Origin: Tetramitus jugosus
Lineage: Eukaryota > Protista > Heterolobosea
Length of the DNA stretch: 64,000 nt
Assembly: GCA_937625935.1 (NCBI GenBank)
Contig: OW569351.1
Location: 62,001-126,000, forward strand
Reading direction: 5' to 3'
Part shown: one piece after another, positions 41,383 through 53,700 of the stretch
Layout: each line of letters begins with the position of its first letter
How positions within the stretch are numbered: position 1 is the first letter of the stretch
The notes under the pieces: model-generated
What the model was told of the DNA's origin: nothing
The model's input: only the letters and a program-made list of their open reading frames with translations
Database searches by the model: none
Position numbers and translations under genes: made by a program

Positions 41383-43245
41383 ATGCACAGAACACTCAGT
41401 GTGTCACAACCGCTGAAAACTTCAGCTCTCTTCCACACCTTACCTGTCGGACCACCTTCTGACTCTTCTCCCACTCAACTTCTTCCACTACCAACCAATC
41501 ACTCCAACCTCCCAACAACACCCAACACAATTTTCACTCTTAACCCTCCTGCAGCTTCCTCTCACTCCCTCACACCCTCCTCTCCAATTTCGAACTCCCA
41601 ACAACCTTCGCTTTCCATCTCTTCCTCCACTAACTCTCCTTCCTCCTCCATCAATCACTCCTCACAAATTTTTGAAACCAAAATGAAGTGTTACAGGAAT
41701 ATGTTGTCAGGCATGGTGAGCAACATCATTCCAGGAAACAAGGGCAATAAAAGCATCCAACAACCTTCGACAACCAATCTTCTTTTAACGACTAACACGA
41801 ACAAAACCACAAGAAGAGACCAAGACAGTTCCTTCTTCCCTGTCTACACATGGAAACCACAGTCAGAGCTAGAGACGTTAGCACAGAGACTAGCTCCAAG
41901 TGACAGGTTGCTCAGCATGGCCAAATCTCATGGATCATTGGATGCTGCATCAAGGATCCTCATGGTGACTCAATGGTTCCTCTCTCAATACCTCAGTTCC
42001 ATTCCCAACTCTGATTCGTGGACCTCCTCTTCCTCCATTCATCCACTTCTCGGAGAAATATTCAAGTGTTCTTGGCGGCATTCCACCCGTAGCAGATACC
42101 TCGGAAAAGAATCTACGACGGAGTTCACAGCAGAGCAAGTTACTCCGAGCTCTTGCGCTGTTCATTGGGAGAACGGTGAGTATGGAGTTTGCTTGGATGC
42201 GACGCTGAGCAATGAGAGTGACAGCTATCGGTATGGTATGGGAACAATCGATTGTCAACAGACAATTGTGGATGATCACATCAACGAAGCTCCAGGGCTC
42301 TTCTCTTCCTCATCTCCTCGCTTCTCCTTGTCCGTGGTGTCGCCAGCTTCGTTTGCTTATTCGCCTTTTGCAACTTTGAGCCCTTCTTCGTCAACAGGAG
42401 CAACGAGCTCTCATACACCATCTTCGTCATCATCATCTCTATCTCCATCTCGATGTTCATTCTCTCAGGGCTCTTCCTTAGTCCTGCGAATGAAGGACCT
42501 CGGTGAGACGTATCGAATCCGTTTACCTGTCGTTCGACACAAGTTTAGCATATGGGGCACAGGGAATCAGAGTGTTCAGCTCGCAAAGGAACTGTGCATC
42601 ACTTGCAGCCAAACTGGTATGACGTCCGTTGTGAACTTTCAAGCTCCAAGTCCTCTACCACGATCGAAAGCTCAAGACAAGAAGAACAAGGAGACAGTCG
42701 ATAGCACAGTTGCTGAGCAGGACAATTGCTCCAACAAGGCACCATTCAAGGGAAAGATTGAACACTGGGAGAAATCATCAAAGACTTCGAGTGTAAAGAA
42801 GGTGTTGGTGGCTGAGTTATCAGGCGATTTGTCTCAAAACCTCAAGGTTGTTTCTCGAAGCAACTTGTTACCATTTGATGAACAAGAATGGGATATGAAT
42901 GAATCAAGTGACGATGAGTTGCCCTGTCAAGAATTACTCGTCAAACCATTGAGCGAACAAATGGATAATGAGTCACAAAGGTTGTGGTACCCACTTAACT
43001 ATGCTTTGACGAAGCGCAAGAACAAAGAAGATGTTGCTGAACGACAAGAAGAGAAATCAATTTTGGATCTCTGGGAACAGACACGAAAGGAATTCAACGA
43101 CAGTAGAGATGCATTTTCGGTTGAATTACCATTATACTTTCAAATGGACCATCTTACATTGGACGGTCAACCCATATTCGTGTACAAGAAACTGGGACAA
43201 GCATTGAGCGGAGCAATCTGTGCTTCTCCATCGAGCCGTGTGTAA
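41383..43245 (+). CDS. Divergent oxysterol-binding protein (ORP/OSBP) family member
   Basis: HPLLGEIFKCSW, FTAEQV, ITCSQTG, VKPLSEQMDNESQRLW. Confidence 0.75.
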   Translation: MHRTLSVSQPLKTSALFHTLPVGPPSDSSPTQLLPLPTNHSNLPTTPNTIFTLNPPAASSHSLTPSSPISNSQQPSLSISSSTNSPSSSINHSSQIFETKMKCYRNMLSGMVSNIIPGNKGNKSIQQPSTTNLLLTTNTNKTTRRDQDSSFFPVYTWKPQSELETLAQRLAPSDRLLSMAKSHGSLDAASRILMVTQWFLSQYLSSIPNSDSWTSSSSIHPLLGEIFKCSWRHSTRSRYLGKESTTEFTAEQVTPSSCAVHWENGEYGVCLDATLSNESDSYRYGMGTIDCQQTIVDDHINEAPGLFSSSSPRFSLSVVSPASFAYSPFATLSPSSSTGATSSHTPSSSSSSLSPSRCSFSQGSSLVLRMKDLGETYRIRLPVVRHKFSIWGTGNQSVQLAKELCITCSQTGMTSVVNFQAPSPLPRSKAQDKKNKETVDSTVAEQDNCSNKAPFKGKIEHWEKSSKTSSVKKVLVAELSGDLSQNLKVVSRSNLLPFDEQEWDMNESSDDELPCQELLVKPLSEQMDNESQRLWYPLNYALTKRKNKEDVAERQEEKSILDLWEQTRKEFNDSRDAFSVELPLYFQMDHLTLDGQPIFVYKKLGQALSGAICASPSSRV

Positions 43246-43319
43246 TAAAATTCATGTGCGAAGCAACTGATTGGAAAATACTTTGGTCAACCGAGGAAAT
43301 ATGATGAAAAATTGTATTC

Positions 43320-46300
43320 TTATGGTGAAATATCCAAATCAACGTTTTCCAGGCGAACGTGCATGGCTTGCTGTTTCACTAAGAAGGAATACTCTGTTGT
43401 GTCTGTATATCTTGAGAATGTGTCACTCAAATTTGTCATGATGGCTGTTTGAAGGGCTCTCAATTCTCCAAGTTGATCAGGCAAAGGATCATGGCTAATG
43501 CTGTTGCGAAGCTTTGAGAACGACTTTCTGTTCTTGCCTGAGATATTGAGTGTGTGTACTCCTTCATATGAAATGAAATTCGAATAGAAATAGTCGAGCT
43601 TAGCTTGCTTCTCATTCACTGTGCATTTGTCCCATTGTTCTAGAAGGTCTAATATTTCGATCATAGCCAACAGATTCTCTAGTGATTGTTCCTTGATGCA
43701 ATACTCTCTAAAATGAGTTTGTTTTGATTTCACAATTGCAATAATCTCATTGTCCTTGTCAGAGTTAAATGTCGAAACACTTCCAAGCGTTGCACGATCT
43801 CCAGCTTTTCTTTCCTTGATCATTTGCACAATTCGAATAATAGCTATTCCTCCACCAAATGCTGCAATTCGCAGAATAGTGTACATGATATCGAATATCA
43901 GGAAGACAATTCTTGCGGGAGAATTGCTCTTCTTCATTGTAGATTCAGCAGCAATACCAGCACAGAATGATATAAATCCGACCATAACCGCTGACGTGAT
44001 AAGGATTGAATCAATTCTAAAGAACAATGGGTCATTCGATACCAGATGGGAATAAAGGAATGATGGCAGTACATTTGTCAATCTACGAAGCCATGCGATA
44101 TCAGTCCAAAACTTCTTGTTTTTGCCTGCATTCTGATCTGGTGACACATTATTGAAGCGATCACGCTCCTGCAGGAAAACAATCACAAAGTCATAAAGGA
44201 ATGTTAGTACAATACCAACACCAACCGAGCACAGCAGTGCTAGATATGTCACAGAGCTTGTAATCGTAATAATTGTGGCATTCTTGGTAGATTGAGCACT
44301 CTTCACTCCTCCAGCGATACCAATCGAGAGGAAGTATGCGAAAAGCACACTCCAAATCACTCCAATATTGACATAGAACAGTGGTCTCGAAGAGATAATC
44401 GCTGAAGCTTTCATGACAACGTTCACAGCCTTACCCTGACGAATATTCATCAGATAGTAGAAGTGCTTCAGAATGAACTGTCTAATATTCTGCCAGAAGA
44501 AGACAAACAAACTGATAATCGAGAGTGGGCACGAAATCATCAAAATGATACTACCTATCACATTGATTGGATAGACTAATCTAGCGCGATCCTTTCCTGC
44601 TAACAATGCGTTACGCAGAATTCCTTGTAAACAACATTCGACGAGCAGGGCAATTAAACATATCACAGGTGCATAAATTCTCGATCTGATCGGTTGCTTG
44701 TTTCTATGGTACAGCAAGAATAGCAACAAGGAAGAAACTATAACTATGAAAAATGCATTAAATACAATTGCCACAATGTAGATTCCTCGGTCTAACTTGG
44801 TATCATCCTTGGACAACTCACTCTTGGAATATTGAATGAATGCAGCAAATGACGTTGTATGATTACAATTACAAACAATTGTTGTTTCAGTTTCATACTG
44901 GAGCCAACATCCACCTGTCTCCCATTCATTTTCTTTCTGGTCATCAAAGTAGTGACAAACAGTCGTTTGATTGGCCCTGAGTGTATCATTCATGTTCGTT
45001 TTCTTCAGAGTGATGACTAATGGCGCATCATTTGATGTTTCAATTGCTACCTTTTCAGTTCCACTGAGCACTCTAAACGTAATGACCGATGAGAATATTT
45101 CGGAAGAAACAGCAGAGTTCTCGTTGTTTGTGGCATAATCACTCAAAGACTTCTTCCAAATTACGTTTCCAGTCACATCATTGTATGCCGTGTACTCAAG
45201 ACCATAGGTCGAATCAGTCAGATTTAACTGAGGTATTCCAATACTCATGTCGTCCGATGTTGAAACATTTGGACTCATGGCATCACTGAACACTTTTTGC
45301 ACGGACAAACTGAATGCTTCGACATCAACAATGATAGGATCTGATCCAGGTTCAACTGAGTTCATAATGCATGAGGTGATAGCTCGCATTGTTTCTACTC
45401 CGTCCTTGGCTAATTGTTCTTCATCTGCTCCCCCTTGACTAGAACTCATAATGACGTTCGATATAGACTGACCAGCGGTAGTCAAGACAGCGTTTCCTCC
45501 ACTCGCTAGATCGACACTTTTTAGCATACTTTTAAGTGATCCTAATAGTTTTGGCTTTTGTGCAGCGGTGAGCGATGCTGCTTTGCCCGAGAGCAATCCT
45601 AACGTGTTGATCAGTTGAGTAGCTACGGTTGACGAAACATTGTGCACTGATGAGATTGTATTTAACAACCCATCAGCGAGTTCAGGAGATGTTGAGTTGG
45701 ATTGAGCGTAAGCAGCACCGAAGGTTAAGAGGGTGGAAGCTTTGTCAGCATCACTCATTGCTGTCCAATTTGTACTTGAAAGCTGATTGTTTAGTTCAGC
45801 AGAGCTGATGACACGAGAGTTGACGGTGATATCATAATAAGTCACCTTTTCATCACCATAGTTCGTTCTCACTCTCAGTGCTGTATGAATTGTTGAGTTG
45901 GCTTTCTGGCTAATCATTTGGGTGCGATAAGAGGCAGATGAACCGGTGTACAATGACCTCCAAATCTTGCTATCACTGTCATAATACTCATAACTATACG
46001 TAAGAACTGCACCACCATATGCTTGCCATCCAGTAGCTGTAAAATTAAACTTTGTGTCGAATGAAGTTCCATTCTTTGGGGTCACAAAGAATGGAGTTGA
46101 GCTCGTTGAGAAAGGCACAGCAGTGAAAACAGATTTTTGGAATGATGCTGTCACATCAGCGCCAGAATCCAACTTCACGCTCACTGAGATTGAAACATTA
46201 TCTGCTTTGGAGAATGAAAACGTTGAGTTGATACCATTTTGAGTACCACAGCTAGCTCCCGTAGATTGTGTACAAGTCCAATAATATATGGAAGACTTGC

Positions 46301-49300
46301 CGGCATAATTCGATAGAACAGCTCGCAAACGATATGTCCTTCCCGTTATCCAGTAGGATTGTGGACTAGTTTCAGAAATGGTGACTGATGGAGTTTGTGT
46401 GGTGTTGTGATTTTCACAATTCAAACCATAGTACATATCATTACACATGCACGTGTCACCACCAACACAAGTTCCATGACCAGAACATACGGTGATATCA
46501 GTTGAGTTGATTCCATGGCATTGTACTACAGAACACTTATTGCCAACGTAACCATTATAACACTGGCATGTGTTTGGACTGACGCATGAGCCATGGCCAC
46601 TGCAAACATGAGCACTATCAGCGTTAGAATATCCATCACAGAGCGGAATTGAACAGTTTGATCCAGTGTAGCCAGAAGAACAATTACATCTATCAGGTGC
46701 ATAACATGTTCCGTGTGAGCTACAAACTTGGATATCATTTGAACCTTTGCCAAAACACTTTGGATATTGACAAGTTGATCCAGTGTAATTGCTGTTACAA
46801 TAACAGAAATTTGGACCAAGGCACTGCCCGCGACCGTGGCAGACTGAGGATGTTTCATTTGATAAAATACCATAACACTTTGGAATATCACATTGAGAAC
46901 CTCCATAAGAGTTGGAGCAATGGCATTGATCAGTTGCAACACAAGTTCCATGACTAGAGCATACATTCGACGCTTGATAAGAAATACCATAACATGTCAC
47001 ATCGCTCGACAACTCAATTTCATGGATGGCATTTCCAGTTTCCTCGAACACAATAAGGGAATTTCTTGTCGCATCATAATAAGTACTTCTAATGCCATCA
47101 AATATTTGTGTCTGCTTTCGATCATACTCACCAGCAAGTGTGTCATACATGTCATTAATAGTTAGTCGTTTGATCACTCCACGTTGGTTATAGACTATAT
47201 AGACGTCTCCAGTAAGCTCGTTAACAGACATATGAATAGGCTGGTCCATAACAATATCCTTGATAAATCCATTTGTATCTCCTCCAATGTTCCAACCAGC
47301 TTTCACTTGGTAAGTCATGGCACTAATATCTACTAACAAGACACCATTATTGTTGGTACTCGTGATCAGTAGCTTGCCTGCAAAAAATTGAACTCCCAAT
47401 CTATCTCCCCCTCTCATAGAATCTGGTATGATAAACATTGTGTTTTGTGTTGTCTTATAAGGTGAGTTACTACGTGTTGGCGAACTAATTGTTGTTGTTC
47501 GAACAAGTGATATGTCTAGTCTTCGAATTGTATTCGCCCCAGAATCATTTTGAACGAAAATGACGACATCCGCATTATATGGATCCACAGCTAAGCTCTG
47601 AACGGAATTGATCAGTGACTCTCCAACAAAACCATCGACTAAACCAAAAACGTCCGGCATACCCGCAAGAGTCACAATACTCCTGCTCAATAGATCAATC
47701 ATTTCAATAACATAATTTCTTCGCACAACAATGACACTTTTCTGATCCCCTGAAGTGACTAATAGATCGCAACCTGGGCTGTAGGTCATAAAAGTACTGA
47801 CTTGAGAGCTGGAGCGATTGAACTGCAGTATATCCGCGCTACTATCACAAAATAAGATTAAATTATGACCGTTAACATACACTGATGCACCTGATGTTGG
47901 TGCTACAGTGTTGTTGGTCAGCAATTTAATCTCCATTCTCTCTTTCTTTACTTCACTACAATCTCTATTCGTGGAATCGTTTTGACAAATGCAATGATCT
48001 GGTGCTATACAAGTACCAGAACCACTGCACGCGGCGCTATTGTCAGATAATACTCCGAAGCATATTGGATTGAAACAATATTGTCCACCATAACCTCTCT
48101 CACAATTCAAAGGAACAATAGAGAAGACATTGGGAGCACTCAGAGCATACAGATAATTACCATCGCTTGTTAGGCCCATATCCAATGCAACCTTTTGGTC
48201 AAGTTGACTCGAGGTCCAACTAATAACTTGGTCAGAGGTTGTCAATTGACTTACTTGATAATCAGCAGTAGAAACGTAAATCGAATCATCCACATGACTA
48301 ACTGCCAAACTTGTAATAAATGCCGACATTTGGAAGCGAGAGATCAGTTGTTTGGTCGCAATATCATACTTGAGCACGAGATCGTCCATCGTCGATACAA
48401 CTAGAGTTGTTGAAGTTGCTTCAATGTGTTCAATGTCATAAGGAACAGCCATAAATAAAGTAACAGCTGATGTTTTCAAATTCAACTGCCAAACACTTCC
48501 GCCCATAGAGTCAGTAAAATATAGAGTATCGTTTTTTGCGGTCATCTTCTCTACTGTTCCTATGTCATACTCTGACTCAACCGACATTGTCTCCATATCA
48601 ATTAATATTGCTTTCTGACTATCAACTACAACAACCTTTTCTCCTTCAACAAGTGCGATGTGACTCAACGATTGAACTCTAATGACATCTCTTCCTTTCG
48701 TACCCATGATTAAATCAAAGGTCAAACCATTACTATCAAACCAAATCTTATAGCCCTCAGTTTCTGAAATTGCATAAATGTTGTTACTCTTCGTGACAAT
48801 GAACCCTATGCTCGTTGGAAGCATGTACAATTCAACGTCATGACCTTCGGAAACATATCTCTTTCGAGCTTGACACTCATCTCCAATAAAGCTATTACTG
48901 TCACAAGCACATCTATCACGAGAAATGCACGTTCCTCTACCAGAACAGACATTAGGATCCGAGGATGATCGTCCAAAGCATGTTAATTCCCTCTCACAAA
49001 CAAAGGAAGAGAAATCCCCAGTGCCAGGCACGACAACAAAACGAGGAACATCTGAGGAAGCATCAATCGCAATCAGATCACCCTCATTAAACGTTGTTGC
49101 TTCAATTGCAGAAACAAATGGAACTGGTTCTCCCATTTCGTTCACAAACATAGTGCCATTATATCTGCCGTCGATAACTGCACTACCATTCACCAGTGGC
49201 TCAATAATACCTGATAAAAATCCATAGGTCCTTTCGTCTTTGAGCAATGCCAACCGATCAAACCCTAAACTCATGCAATAGTAAACGGCTTGCTCCCATG

Positions 49301-50446
49301 ATGGTACTGTCCTAGAGACGATATTTCGATAACATGATCCCCTATAGTAATACGCATTCAATGAGTTACAGTCCTGTGATGGCATATGCTCACACACGAC
49401 ATAGGGCACATCATTATAAGACGAATCATTACTCGTCAGCATGACTAACTGATGATTCACCACATCGATCACAATCATCGATCCATTGTTACTATTGCCG
49501 GGCATGGATGGATGCAACGACAAGCCTTCGATAAAACTGGGAACAGATCCATCAGAGTACACATAGCCATCACCTTTTTCGTTCACAGTCAAATCAGTAA
49601 TAAAAATCGTCTCATTGCTACCACCACCATTGCTACTCAAGCTCTTATCATTCTTCATCAACTCGACGAGCAATTGAATTTCCTTCTTGCTACGCGGTCG
49701 AATGAGATGAGTGAAACCCCTGGGGCACTGCACAGATTGATCATATGGCCCATTGGACACAAATTGCTTCATCTCCCACCGCACACACTTTCCATTGATA
49801 AAGTGAGAGTTCATACGATGACAATAATCATCGTACTTTACTTCGCAGACTTGAGAACGAGCTATACTGGGATCCGATTCATCAAAATACGATTGTCCAC
49901 TAATGAAGACAGATGATTGATTTGGTTGTAGAGCATACATGCTTGGATAATAACTTTCGGATCCTGTGGGAGTGAATCCAACTCTCCAATTCTCAGGTGT
50001 GTACTTTGCTAAGAACCATTTCAAATGAATGTTAACAAAAATTATTGTTGTTGTTGTTGGATGATGACAAAAGTGAAAATTGTAGATGGGAAAAAAAACG
50101 CCCCCTACGTACCTCGCTGACCGTCTCTCCAACGCCACTCTCCATTCTCAAAAGCGTACTGCGTCCAAGATTCTCCAAACTTCTCGAACAAGAATTGATT
50201 CTCCGATTCATGCTCCACTTGAATTCTTCCGTCGAAAGTGAACAAGGGTGTGTGACACTCTGTTCCAGTCGCAGTACTACCTAGATCAGTACTACGACCA
50301 CTTGTTGCTACATAACACTTTCCATAGTACATTGTACCATTGCGTAACTGTTGACAATGGTTCACATTCGCTCTCAACTCCACAACAAGTAGGGACAAAA
50401 CGATGAACAGCTGTACCACCAGTGACAAGATTATATTGTTGGTCAT
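43320..50446 (-). CDS. Giant adhesion-type receptor: signal peptide, C-type lectin-like, EGF, beta-propeller, REJ/GAIN-GPS, 7TM, RGS; intron 50009-50112 (2340 aa)
   Basis: Many CSGHGTC...C.C EGF repeats, WETGGC...CNCNHTTSF GPS, seven hydrophobic helices, RGS FREYCIKEQSLENL...LNIS...LSDTFSRY. Confidence 0.9.
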
Positions 50447-50717
50447 TTTGATGGTGTAGGTTTATGTTACTGTTTGATATTGTTTCCAGAAAGTTTCAAC
50501 AACTACAAAAGGGGTGATAGCGAGGAGTGCGTTTGTTATAATATGGTGGTGAGTCGTTTTGTGAATGACCCATTGAAAAAAATACTTTCGGGAAGGTGCG
50601 AGGAAGTTTCGAGCGAGGGTTCTGTGGAACTCCCTTTTTTCCAACAGGGAAAATCGGATGACAAATGACATGCTGCGCCGTCATGTTTGTTCGTTTATTG
50701 CGATGGCGAACGGATCC

Positions 50718-53700
50718 TCAGTGACCAACAGTCATTTTGTAGTTTCTATTGAAGGGTAGGTTTCCGTTGGGGAGGTCATCTATTTCTTCGTCTACAGGTT
50801 TCTGTTGAGATGGTTCCTGAGAGGAAAGATCATTCCAACTCTCGTACCTCGTTCCGTACGTTGAAAGAAGTTGCTTTCGTTGTGATTCCTCTTGCCACTC
50901 CTGAATTACGCGCTCTGCACGGCTACTTGGTTTGACATACAAGGCGAAGAGGTTCTTGGTTTCTGTGAAACCTTTTTCGAGCTCTAAATGCATTGCCTTT
51001 CTGCTAGTCTGCGCATAGCGTGAATCAACTCGAAGTCCCAGTTCGCACAGGAACAGGAAGTATTGACAGCGATCATTCAACTTTGCGAGGAATTGACGCT
51101 GGTGTTTGCCGCGTTCTGATTTTGCTAAGAAACACTCCACGATATCCTTTGGACCACCATTTACTCCTGCTCTGACAGAACCCTGGAGAATCATCTGTAA
51201 ATTCTCAACGTTGGGAGAACTGGAACGCAATACCTCTTCCAATTTCAAAATTTGCGAGTCCATGTTGTCAATTGCGGACTCGATCGGTGTTAGAATTGTT
51301 TCCTCCTCGGAAGCAACTCGTAACTTCGTTAACACACTGGGGAACGAATCTTCGAGATTGAGAATAACCCTTCGCTTATGTATATCCGTCACATCCGTTC
51401 CAACCTTTCCAGTTTTGGAGAAAGCAACCTCATAGAAGAATGATCTCACATTCATGTGATGCTGATACTTGGTCTTCCTGTCAACTCTCTTGGCCATCAC
51501 ATCATCTCCGACGAAGGGTTTCACACTATGGAATTGCAGGTACTTGGCTTCTGGATCCAATGTTGACTCGTCAACTGTTTTGGGTGATGATATGAGCTGA
51601 GCATCACTGAACAATAGTTGAATTCTTCTCTGAGTCTCTTGAAGCTTGAATGTTTTTGGCATTTTGATCACAAATTGTTCTCCGTCTACATTCTCCCATG
51701 CCTTGCCAATGAAATGCAACCTATAATACGTACTGAATTGTCGGCTGTTGTTTCCATTGCACTTTTCAATCAACGAATATGTTTTTCCAATTTGGATGTG
51801 TGACTTTGACAAATTGTCGTAATCTCCAACCTTTTGTAGCAATCGTATCAATAATTGAATGAGAGGAATCATGTGTTCATACTGTTCTGCCAAACTGTGA
51901 AATTCAATAATCGTATACAACAGGGAAATAATACCGGACTCCGTAAAATCTGGCCCTTGGGGAACACAAGAAAACTGGCACGATGAATTTGATGTTAGAA
52001 ATCATTGCCCATGTGCAAAATCAATAAAAAATGTCGTAAGAAACATACCATCTCTTCCTGTTGTCTCTTCCTCATGTCAGACGAAACAACAGAATAAAAA
52101 TATTCCAAGGGCAAACCTGCAATTAAGTGACTATTAATGCTCTGCAAGTATTGAAAGACAGTAGCTAGAATTCTAGAGAAACATTCGGCAGCTTCAGAGA
52201 ATTGCATATTCTGAAGATGGTAGTTGGATAGCTGTCTTAGCCAAATGAATCTGAGTTCAGGAGTTTGGTTGTACATGGTAGAGATTCCATAAAGCAGTTC
52301 TTCTGTTTTGTGAACATCCTTGCCTACGACTGTTTGGTTAACTGAAATAATGTCCTGCACGAGCTTCTTCAGTTGATTGCAGATAACATGCACTCTTCGA
52401 CTAAATTGTGAGCCTCCTGTTGTTTTTAACTGTGTGATATCTCTCTCTGTTGAATTCAAAAATGCCAGAATACCTGATAGTTTCGTATTGGCTATCTCCT
52501 GGCTAGAATCGACATGTACCGAGCACCCAACATCTGTCTGAGCGATTGAATCGATGTCGTCAATGGTTTGTAAAATGTATTCCTTTTGTGGGACAGATCT
52601 TTGGAGGACTCGGCTCAATGCAACCATCAGTAGTACATCAATTCTCGACGTGTCAGCACCATAACGAGAAGCTGAACGTATCAAAGTATATACAGCAGAA
52701 GAAGTAAGCTGCCTGACTGAAGCCAGGTTCGAATTTCCAAGACACAATAACGCATCACAAAACATTTGTCCATACTCTGACCCGAAACCGAATAGAACAT
52801 GATCAAACTTCGTGAATAACCTCCGAAGATATATGAGCAACACACACAAAAAGTCCTCACTCTGATTGAAGTGGAGGAATAGTAACAGCGTGCGTGTAAC
52901 TGCCTCCAAGAAATGCTTCTCACTCACAACTCTCGTGCTTCGAAGAGATGCAACACTCGATTGTTTCTGATCAAACTTCTCAACAACCTTCGATATGATG
53001 GCCAGTGTAAAAAAGCTCTGACTATTCGCTAAATGCTTCTCTTGCAGGAGCATTCTTTCGACGAACCTATCTTGGATCACAGAATCATCTCTCTTCGGGT
53101 GTGGGTTTTCGCTGTAAGACACTGGCATCTGAGATAAGCGAGCAGTTGAAGGACTAAAGGAGATATCCTCACTTACGGAGAATAACCTAGGAGCAAATAG
53201 ACTAAAAACGCTGGATTTCGATTTCTCTGTCGTGGGACTCTTCCTCATCCTCTGCTGTATCGCCTCCGCAAGTAATTCAATGTCAACACGAGTGAGCATA
53301 AGTGGGGCACTCCATTCTGACACTCCCCAACCGAAATTAGACTTGGTTTCTAGCAGCCTACCTTCTTGATTCAATCGAAAGAGCGACCTGTACATAGCCT
53401 GCACTTTTTCAGATCCTGCATATTCAAACGAATAGATACTTGTTTGAAGCAACTCAATTAGAGCTATTTGTTTCGCTTGATCATCTTTGTCCTGGCATAT
53501 CCATTTCAGGAGCACCTCCTCATTCATACTCTTCAAAATATGGGTTATGCAGGTGATTAATTGGCGTTTTTCAGTTCTCACCTTGGGTCGCTCCAACTTT
53601 AGCTCAGATTCAATCTTTTGCATTTGTACTTCTAGCTCCTTTTTCGAACTCTCAAGGTATGCCATTTCATGTTTAGTTCTTATATCAACACTTTGTCTTC

